Shown here in pieces: positions 19,248 to 26,525 of a DNA stretch of 64,000 bases. The notes beneath the pieces are model-generated. The model was given only the letters and a program-made list of their open reading frames with translations, was not told the origin of the DNA and did not search any database. Both the position numbers and the translations under genes were made by a program. Numbering within the stretch: position 1 is the stretch's first letter; every line of letters starts with the position of its first letter. The stretch comes from an uncultured Methylococcaceae bacterium. GTDB taxonomy: Bacteria; Pseudomonadota; Gammaproteobacteria; Methylococcales; Methylococcaceae. The stretch is taken from contig CAIODU010000219.1 in NCBI GenBank assembly GCA_903857165.1, forward strand, positions 5,172 to 69,171. Direction: 5' to 3'.

Positions 19248-19760
19248 TCAAAAAGGGATATCGTCGTCGAAGCCGTCATCCGAACCCTTCCCATGGGCTG
19301 GCTCGGGTTGGCGCATGGGTTCCTGCGGGGCGCTATAACGATCCTGGTCGTAGCGCGAAGTGGGGGCAGGTTGCGGGGCAGGGGCGTAGTTGCTGCTGGG
19401 CCTTGGCGCATTGGATGATTCGCCCGCACGGTCGAGCATCTGCATTTCATCGCCCAATATCTCAGTGGTGTAATGCTTGACACCCTCTTTTTCGTATTGA
19501 CGGGTCTGGAGTCTTCCTTCTATGTAAATTTTGGAACCCTTCTTGAGATATTCACCTGCGATTTCTGCAAGGCGTCGGTAGAAGACCACCCTATGCCATT
19601 CCGTGCGCTCTTGCGGTTGGCCGGTGTTTTTATCCTTCCAAACTTCGCTGGTGGCAATGCTAAGATTCGTCACAGCCTCTCCGTTGGTCATGTAACGTAC
19701 CACCGGGTCAGCCCCGAGGTTGCCGATCAATATCACTTTATTTACGCCGCGACTTGCCAT
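19248..19760 (-). CDS. ssb: single-stranded DNA-binding protein
   Basis: OB-fold N-terminus [19 protein letters not shown]...TEWHRVVFY, a Pro/Gln-rich linker and the acidic tip DDDIPF. Confidence 0.95.
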   Translation of the reverse strand: MASRGVNKVILIGNLGADPVVRYMTNGEAVTNLSIATSEVWKDKNTGQPQERTEWHRVVFYRRLAEIAGEYLKKGSKIYIEGRLQTRQYEKEGVKHYTTEILGDEMQMLDRAGESSNAPRPSSNYAPAPQPAPTSRYDQDRYSAPQEPMRQPEPAHGKGSDDGFDDDIPF

Positions 19761-19922
19761 GGTATGAATTTTCTCCGTTGCCGGGTTGATTGGGGGGGTT
19801 GCTTAAGGCACATGATAGCGAAACCGCAGTGTAAAAGGGAAGACTGCTGCCAAGTTAGACTTCCCCAAGCCCTGTCCAATGCTTATTCGGTGATTTCCAA
19901 TAATGAATCCACCAAAAGAATC

Positions 19923-19991
19923 GTCCACGAAAAACACGAAAGGCACGAACGAATCTTGCTGTTGTTCGTGATTTTCGTGTCTTTCGTGGAC
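19923..19991. repeat. long imperfect hairpin (28-nt arms) built from 9-nt CACGAAANN sub-repeats, followed by a T-run
   Basis: GTCCACGAAAAACACGAAAGGCACGAAC, a 13-nt loop, then GTTCGTGATTTTCGTGTCTTTCGTGGAC, then TCTATTTTTTTT. It lies 46 nt downstream of the AAA ATPase stop. Confidence 0.7.
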
Positions 19992-20036
19992 TCTATTTTT
20001 TTTCTACGGATCAGATTCTTCATGGGATGCTTTTTC

Positions 20037-21167
20037 TCAGGAATCACCTTCGTCGTCCGGTCCGAGGGTGAATTCATCCAGCCAGTTCTCCAGCGTTTCC
20101 GTGTCGAGTCGGTGGGTGATGGATTGACCTTCAGGCTTTTCGATGGTGATGACGTTTTCCGGCGTGTCGATGAATTCCTCCACAAGCAAATCAGAGTGAG
20201 TTGATACGATTAACTGAGTCCGTTGCGAGGCATCGCGCAACAATTCCGCCAGGGCAGGCATCATTTCGGGGTGTAGGCCTAGTTCCGGTTCCTCAATGCA
20301 AATCAAAGGGGGCGGAACGGGATGGCAAAGTATTGCCAACAGGCAAAGGAAACGCAGTGTGCCATCCGACATGATTGCGGTTGGAATCAGGAAGCCCGCT
20401 TCCTTGATGGATATTTGCGCAACACCCTCGACAAAATTGACATTGATATCCTCCGTATTGGGAAGAAGAGTACGGAGATGCCCCAAAATTTTCTTTTTGG
20501 TTTCGGGCGCGTTGCAGAGCAAAGACAGGATTGCGCCGAGGTTTTCAAAGTTTTCGGAGAGGAAATCTTCCGTCAAGCCTTGATTGTCGGGGATGCGCAG
20601 CGGGCAAAGTGCCCCAAATGTCCAATCCCGGTAAATGCGAATTTTGCCGAATGCTTCCCCTAACCAGGAGATTTCCGGATATGCCTCCGTATTTTTGCGC
20701 TGTGCCAATATGGATAGCTCGGTGTTGATGTCTTCCCGTTTTAACTGCCGCCGGCCACTTTTCACATTGATGACCGGCGCGCCTTTTTGATAGGCAAAGT
20801 AGAAATAGGATTTTCCGTGGCCCACATCGGGATGCTCGTTTTCTATGCGTTCGTCGGTCAGTTGGAAATTTTGGTTGCTGGCAGTGAATTCCAGCCAATA
20901 GCGCAGGTTTCTGGAACCGACGGGGCAATTAATCACCGCTTCCAACCGGACGATAGGGTGATTTTTATGTCCTTGCCATAGCCAGCCCAGTGGCAGGGGG
21001 GCGGGTTGGCTCTTAGTTGCCGACTGCAACAGTCTGACGCACTCGATAAGATTGGACTTTCCACTACCGTTGGGACCGACAAGGATATTGAGTGGTGCCA
21101 GTTCGATAGGCGGTTGATCCTCGCCAAAAGAGAGGATGTTTTTAGGATTGATACTGGTAATAAGCAT
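20037..21167 (-). CDS. ABC/SMC-like AAA ATPase (AAA_21/AAA_15-type) with no adjacent partner gene
   Basis: Walker A VGPNGSGKSN, signature-like MSDGTLRFLCLLAIL, Walker B LICIEEPELGLHP, and STHS. Confidence 0.8.
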   Translation of the reverse strand: MLITSINPKNILSFGEDQPPIELAPLNILVGPNGSGKSNLIECVRLLQSATKSQPAPLPLGWLWQGHKNHPIVRLEAVINCPVGSRNLRYWLEFTASNQNFQLTDERIENEHPDVGHGKSYFYFAYQKGAPVINVKSGRRQLKREDINTELSILAQRKNTEAYPEISWLGEAFGKIRIYRDWTFGALCPLRIPDNQGLTEDFLSENFENLGAILSLLCNAPETKKKILGHLRTLLPNTEDINVNFVEGVAQISIKEAGFLIPTAIMSDGTLRFLCLLAILCHPVPPPLICIEEPELGLHPEMMPALAELLRDASQRTQLIVSTHSDLLVEEFIDTPENVITIEKPEGQSITHRLDTETLENWLDEFTLGPDDEGDS

Positions 21168-21357
21168 ATGATTATGCGGGTGGCCTTAGGATGGGCTGTT
21201 TTGGGTTGACATGCGGATAGTGTGTGAACGCCGAAGGCTTATTGGCACACTTACAATTTATTTACCCTACGAATTTGTAAAACCCCGTATTATAGCGATA
21301 ACGCCTAGACTATTGCTAGCGTGCCCAGCCTTGCACCTTTGCGTAGAACATAATACA

Positions 21358-21386
21358 TTGTTTTTGTTGCTTTAATTAGTTATAAT
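21358..21386 (+). promoter_or_regulatory. sigma70-like promoter candidate upstream of the FKBP gene
   Basis: TTGTTT, 17 nt, then TATAAT. It lies ~95 nt upstream of the ATG at 21482. Confidence 0.3.
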
Positions 21387-21481
21387 GGAATTCCTTGAGT
21401 CATCCGGATTTCGGTGCAGCCTACGGTTTAACCCTATTGGCGAGGGTGGCCTTTTTTAATTTCTGAAGAGTTGACGATGCT

Positions 21482-21943
21482 ATGGGCAAGAAAATTTTAA
21501 TTAAATTGGTTTTGGCAATGTTTTTATTAAGTTGGTTGTGCGGTTGCTCCAAAGTCGACACTGGGGAGAACTTAAAGGCTGGCGAGTCATTTTTGGCGGA
21601 AAATCGGACAAAGGAAGGCGTGGCAACCACGCCGAGTGGCTTGCAGTACCAAGTCTTGAACGAGGGCAACGGCCGGAAGCCTATTGCAACAGATAGCGTC
21701 ACCGTAAATTACAAGGGTTCGTTGATTGATGGAAAGGCATTCGATAGCGGTGAAAAGATCACTTTCCCTTTGAACGGTGTCATTCCTGGCTGGATCGAAG
21801 GCTTGCAGTTGATGAAAGAAGGGGCGAAATACCGCTTCTTTATTCCGTCCTCGCTCGCTTATGGCGAAAGTGGCGAGGCGCGTGTCATCCCTCCCAACGC
21901 CGCGCTGATTTTTGAGGTGGAATTGGTCAAGGTCAATCGTTGA
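21482..21943 (+). CDS. FKBP-type peptidyl-prolyl cis-trans isomerase, lipoprotein
   Basis: Lipobox-like LSWLCGC. FKBP core: [12 protein letters not shown]...[17 protein letters not shown]...[29 protein letters not shown]. Confidence 0.9.
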   Translation: MGKKILIKLVLAMFLLSWLCGCSKVDTGENLKAGESFLAENRTKEGVATTPSGLQYQVLNEGNGRKPIATDSVTVNYKGSLIDGKAFDSGEKITFPLNGVIPGWIEGLQLMKEGAKYRFFIPSSLAYGESGEARVIPPNAALIFEVELVKVNR

Positions 21944-21971
21944 AGCGTTTTGTTCCGGCAAGAGACATGTC

Positions 21972-22397
21972 ATGGTGACAAGCAACGAAGAATTGGCCAG
22001 GGTTGTCAAAAGTTTGGGACTGGCAGGGATAAGGCGGCATATTTTTCTGTGCTGCGACCAGACAAAACCGAAATGCTGCAACAAGGAGCGAGGGCTAGAG
22101 TCTTGGGATTACCTTAAGAAACGAATCAAGGATTTGAGGCTTGAAGGTGTCTTGGGGCTTTTTCGCACCAAGGCTAATTGCCTTCAGGTTTGTGCCTCTG
22201 GCCCTGTCGCCGTGGTCTATCCAGAAGGGGTTTGGTATCACTCGTGTACACCTGAAGTCCTCGAACGGATCATAAACGAACATTTAATAGGCGGATGTCC
22301 GGTCGAAGACTTTGTCATTGCATTGAGGCAGGATAGGGACTTGGAACCCCGCCCGGTTGATTTGACCAATGACCACGATATCATGGGTGGCTTTTAA
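21972..22397 (+). CDS. thioredoxin-like [2Fe-2S] ferredoxin-domain protein
   Basis: [14 protein letters not shown]...[20 protein letters not shown]. The in-frame ATG at 21972 avoids overlap with the FKBP gene. Confidence 0.6.
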   Translation: MVTSNEELARVVKSLGLAGIRRHIFLCCDQTKPKCCNKERGLESWDYLKKRIKDLRLEGVLGLFRTKANCLQVCASGPVAVVYPEGVWYHSCTPEVLERIINEHLIGGCPVEDFVIALRQDRDLEPRPVDLTNDHDIMGGF

Positions 22398-22410
22398 CTT
22401 GCCCCGCAGG

Positions 22411-23523
22411 CTAGTTTTCCCTTGATGGAGTGACACACTGGTTGCCACCCAACGACACCGCATGGTTGAGATTAATGCGTGCGCGGTTAATCAATGTCTT
22501 CATTTCATCTTTTGTGTCTGCCGACACGATGCCGATGCTGGCTTTAAAAAACACCTTGCCGGTTTCCATTGCCGGGCAATCGAACTCCTTGCCGGCAATG
22601 GTTTTCCTGAGGCTTTCGGCATGGGCGTAGGCATCTTCCTGCGATAAATTCTGAAGGATGCAGGCAAATTCGCTGTCGCCGAAGCATGCGGTAATATTCC
22701 GTAAATCCAAAGATGATTCGATAAGTTCACCTAGTTTTCCTTGCAGCAATCTGGTTTGTTTTTCCCCAATTACGGTTTTCATGGCCTCCAAGCCTTCTAT
22801 TTCAATCAATAATAGAAATTGCTGTGAAGGTTTGAACAGGCCTAGTTTGATGGTGCGTTTATAAGTGCGCTCAAACCCGCGATAGTTCAGTAACCCAGTA
22901 ACCGGTTCGATGAGTTCTGACATTTCCATATCGATCTGATTATTTTGAATCGCCACCAAGATAAAACGGATTCTCCAGTGAATAATTATCGTCAATATTA
23001 ACGCAGGTGTCAGAACGCTGGCGTATAGAATTACGGGAAAGTTAAAAGTGAAGGGTATGCCAACAGCAAAAGGAATTGCAGTCAGTCCAACGCACCCTAG
23101 TGTATTATAATTAAACGGGAAGACAATACAAAACAGAACTGTTCCGAGAAAAAAATACAGAAACTGGCCCACTCCAGCTTTCAGTCCACCGTCGAGTCCA
23201 TTGAGTAGGAGTATTAATAATATCTCGCAGAGTGCCAGAGACAAATAGGCAACTGCATAGTTAAGGTATAGTGATTTTGAAAGCCACTTAAGCAAAGCTG
23301 AAAACAGCAATACCGCCAGTATTCCGCCACGGTAAAGGATGGACTTTAATGTGAAGTCAGCATCTAATGCCCAATCTCCACTCATGAAAATGGTTCCTAG
23401 CAGGGCAAATATTATCGTTTGCCTGACGGAAGCCAAGTGGTTCTCGAAAAATATTCTAGACCTCGTGTTTTGCCTAGCTTGTCGATTGGAACTGGCAAAC
23501 ATCTCGGAAATGCCTATACTCAC
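22411..23523 (-). CDS. membrane-anchored GGDEF-domain protein with a degenerate active-site motif
   Basis: The N-terminal ~200 aa are multi-TM. The C-terminal part has the GGDEF fold (GLLNYRGFE...LLLIEIEGL...), but the signature reads FGDSEF instead of GGDEF. Confidence 0.8.
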   Translation of the reverse strand: MSIGISEMFASSNRQARQNTRSRIFFENHLASVRQTIIFALLGTIFMSGDWALDADFTLKSILYRGGILAVLLFSALLKWLSKSLYLNYAVAYLSLALCEILLILLLNGLDGGLKAGVGQFLYFFLGTVLFCIVFPFNYNTLGCVGLTAIPFAVGIPFTFNFPVILYASVLTPALILTIIIHWRIRFILVAIQNNQIDMEMSELIEPVTGLLNYRGFERTYKRTIKLGLFKPSQQFLLLIEIEGLEAMKTVIGEKQTRLLQGKLGELIESSLDLRNITACFGDSEFACILQNLSQEDAYAHAESLRKTIAGKEFDCPAMETGKVFFKASIGIVSADTKDEMKTLINRARINLNHAVSLGGNQCVTPSREN

Positions 23524-23587
23524 AAATATCCTCCTAGCTGTGTTAAGTTACATTCGTTGCAAAAAAAATTCACAGATATATGTTCTC

Positions 23588-25978
23588 TTATAATCGTGGT
23601 TGAACAAAGGAGCCCCTCCTTGCCAAGCTTTGTCCGATATTCCCGTTTGGCTTTTGATGGCTTCGCGGGCGTGGCAGTTTCAATTGCGCAGGGTCTTGTG
23701 CGAGCAATGTGAACATTAACAGAAAAAACAAAAAAATCACTCGCGGCACATCGTATAAGGTTCCGATCAAGCCAACCGAAAAGAAACCCATTAATGAGGA
23801 GAGCAGGGTAAGGGCGAATAGTTCGCCACGAAGGGCCTGGCGTAAGCCAGAAGTCAGGACGTAAAGGTTTAGGGCAAGGAAAGCGATGATCCCCAGCAAG
23901 CCCTGTTCGAAATACACGTTCACCCAAAGGTTCTTGATGTGCAGCGGCAAGTGGGCATGGTCAGACGTTGGGAACCAGTTATCCAAGCCGTTTTCAAATC
24001 GTCCGTTAGTCACATGATCCTCCCCGTAACGATCCATGAGTTTAATATTGTCGATGTCGATGAAATTAATGGGCAGATTATTTACGCCTTGCGGGTTGTA
24101 AACAAAATGGGTGAGGCGCAGCACCAAGGGCCGCCTACCGAGCCTAAACCCGTCACCAATATTACCGATGTTGAATTCCCAATCCAAATGTTGCCATTGG
24201 CCTTCCTTGACTGCCCGGGAGGTGGATATGCAATCGGAGTCCCAGGGGACGATGATGTTGCGCCTGCACACGCTGATGTCCAACGAGCCTATGTTGTTAG
24301 CCTTGGCTTTTACTTCTAGCGAGAGTTTGTATGGCTGGCCCGCCTCCAGATTGACCCGCTGGCCCATAGCCAAATCCATACTATTGCTGAGTCTTAGATA
24401 GGTGTTAGTGTCGTCTTCATGGAGTGCCGCGATACTGGATTTTTCCGTTTCATTTCCCCACAGGTAAGAGCGTGGGAACGCGCCTAAGCCCATGCCCAAG
24501 GCCAAAATATCCCATTCCGAACCCATTAAACCGATGGCATGTTGCCAATGTTCAAATCGACCGCCAAAATCGTCATGGGTAGTGGTGAAACGGCTTTTCA
24601 TGTAGCTGCTTGATAAAGCGGGTACGCAAACGGCAATCAGGGTGACGGCAAAAGTCAAACTGATGCCCAGTTCGCGTAGACTGAATACCTCGCGCACCCG
24701 GTTACCGATGAATATGCCCGAAAACAGCAGACAAAGTGCAAGAGGCAGGCTGATTGCCAATGACTCGGCAAATCCGTTGCTAACCCATTTTGAGGTCAAC
24801 AGACCTCGCATCATCAAGGCAAATCCGGCTAAAAACAGGAAGGCCATCAACACCGCACGTAAATCGCGGCGCAGTAGTTTCAGAAAACTCAGCAATATGG
24901 CACCACCGAATATTCCTAAAACTGCGATCAACGTATAATAGCCTCCTTTCCCGTATGTCATTGCGCCTATTCCAACTACCGTCAATAATATGATCGGTAT
25001 GGGCCAAGCATCCTTGCCAGAGACTTTGCTGCGAATGTTGCGTTTGGCGTAGAGCAAAGCGAATGTCAATAGGGAAACTCCTACGGCTATATAGGTGCCT
25101 CGCGAAAATGTGACCAAAGCGGAATATAACCCGGAGGACAGTGCAATAGTTCCTATACCCATTTCCCAACGCGATCTCGCTGCCACCATCAGGGCCAAGG
25201 CAAATGGCCAAGTCAAGGCAATGTAACCATCAACCGCTTCACCCCCCGTATGCATTTCTGAAAACAGTGCGGTAATTCGATAATCGGTACTGAAATCCGT
25301 CAGGCTTTGCACTTTAGCATAAATACTGTCTCCATAGATCAAATCACTCAATACTCCGCGTTCCCAAAGCACGGCAACACCCATGCCAATCAGACCAATG
25401 GCAACCCCGACAACTAACTGACGGCGTGCAAGCTCCCGGTCCAAAGTAAACGCACTTAACACAGATGGGATTAATAATACGGCCCAAAACAATGCTTTGC
25501 TTACCCGCAGCGCATTGTAATGGCTGTAATAACTGCTGAACGCATTGGCGTCAACGGCGGCAAGGGGCAATAGGCCCCGCAGTGTGGCTATGCAATGGGT
25601 GGTGAGGAAAAAAGCGACTAAAAGCCAGGGGACTAAAGCAAATCGAGGGCGTGAGGACGTACTGAAGTCTCCGTGCCATAGCGAGGAAGCCAAGGTGACC
25701 CAAATAAAGAAATCAAAATCTTCAAGGAAAAACCGCCCGCTCCAAGGCGCTAGGTTTACCATAGGCAAAATGATAGGGATGGCCGCTAGCCAAATCGAAG
25801 GCAAAATGATCAAACACAGGGCATAGGCGGTTAGAAGCAGAGTTAATAAAACACGAGCGAAAGGGTAATCGGCAACGCAATAGGCTGTAATGGATATGAC
25901 AGCCAGTGCAAGCAAGCGTTGGAAGACTAGCGACGGAAGTGCGATAGCCGGTTTTGGTTTTACTGTCCGGGTAACCAT
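23588..25978 (-). CDS. large polytopic membrane protein, O-antigen ligase/polymerase-like (Wzy_C-type), with an internal soluble beta-rich domain
   Basis: Many TM helices, and a ~180-aa hydrophilic insert (LRLSNSMDLAMGQRVNLEAGQPYKLSLEVKAKANNIG...). The start is set at the ATG at 25978 because the longer track ORF overlaps the K+ channel gene. Confidence 0.5.
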   Translation of the reverse strand: MVTRTVKPKPAIALPSLVFQRLLALAVISITAYCVADYPFARVLLTLLLTAYALCLIILPSIWLAAIPIILPMVNLAPWSGRFFLEDFDFFIWVTLASSLWHGDFSTSSRPRFALVPWLLVAFFLTTHCIATLRGLLPLAAVDANAFSSYYSHYNALRVSKALFWAVLLIPSVLSAFTLDRELARRQLVVGVAIGLIGMGVAVLWERGVLSDLIYGDSIYAKVQSLTDFSTDYRITALFSEMHTGGEAVDGYIALTWPFALALMVAARSRWEMGIGTIALSSGLYSALVTFSRGTYIAVGVSLLTFALLYAKRNIRSKVSGKDAWPIPIILLTVVGIGAMTYGKGGYYTLIAVLGIFGGAILLSFLKLLRRDLRAVLMAFLFLAGFALMMRGLLTSKWVSNGFAESLAISLPLALCLLFSGIFIGNRVREVFSLRELGISLTFAVTLIAVCVPALSSSYMKSRFTTTHDDFGGRFEHWQHAIGLMGSEWDILALGMGLGAFPRSYLWGNETEKSSIAALHEDDTNTYLRLSNSMDLAMGQRVNLEAGQPYKLSLEVKAKANNIGSLDISVCRRNIIVPWDSDCISTSRAVKEGQWQHLDWEFNIGNIGDGFRLGRRPLVLRLTHFVYNPQGVNNLPINFIDIDNIKLMDRYGEDHVTNGRFENGLDNWFPTSDHAHLPLHIKNLWVNVYFEQGLLGIIAFLALNLYVLTSGLRQALRGELFALTLLSSLMGFFSVGLIGTLYDVPRVIFLFFLLMFTLLAQDPAQLKLPRPRSHQKPNGNIGQSLARRGSFVQPRL

Positions 25979-26015
25979 GCCTTGGGTTTGTTTGATGTTC
26001 ACGCGAAGACGGGCA

Positions 26016-26489
26016 TCATTCCATTTGAGGGTTGCTGGTTTCATTGGCGGGGTTGCTTGATTCATGCGGCCGGCCGGCTTCCAACTGGTCGAGTCTTGCA
26101 TGCAAGCGTTTGAGTTCTTCGAGAATCTGGCTTTCATCCCTTGCCATCCCGCCCATGTCGCGTCCAATGAGAACAGTGGAAAAGATCGCGGTCAGCAAGG
26201 CAAGCACGGCCAAACCGAACAAAATCAACAAGCATGCCAAAGTTCGCCCAAAGAAAGAGGTCGGTACCACATCGCCGTAACCGACATGGGTCATGGTTAC
26301 CCAAGCGTACCACACTCCGTCCGAAAATGAGTGAACATTCGGGTCAATGAGAAAAACCACAAAGCCAAATAAGAGTGAGATGCCCATGGCGAAAAAGAGT
26401 ACATAACCGAGGCTCTTTTGCTTCAACATTTCAGTTTTAAGACTTTGAAGCCATGTCATGGCATTTTGCAGAAATAGACTGTTCATCAT
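26016..26489 (-). CDS. two-TM potassium channel (KcsA-like pore) with a C-terminal coiled coil
   Basis: The selectivity filter is TMTHVGYGD, between two TM helices. Confidence 0.8.
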   Translation of the reverse strand: MMNSLFLQNAMTWLQSLKTEMLKQKSLGYVLFFAMGISLLFGFVVFLIDPNVHSFSDGVWYAWVTMTHVGYGDVVPTSFFGRTLACLLILFGLAVLALLTAIFSTVLIGRDMGGMARDESQILEELKRLHARLDQLEAGRPHESSNPANETSNPQME

Positions 26490-26525
26490 GCGTTATCCCT
26501 TTTTAGTTGTTCAAGAGGTTGGAGT

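Noticed and set aside
19473-20204. 243-aa plus-strand ORF spanning the ssb upstream region and the 3' end of the ATPase gene.
   Set aside because: It runs antisense through ssb and the AAA ATPase and through the CACGAAA hairpin (HEKHERHE and FVIFVSFVD peptides). It is a repeat-derived artefact.
25979-26167. N-terminal 63 codons of the 859-aa track ORF.
   Set aside because: They overlap the 3' end of the K+ channel gene (26016-26489) on the same strand. The first TM-containing sequence starts after the ATG at 25978. An alternative ATG at 26044 cannot be excluded.
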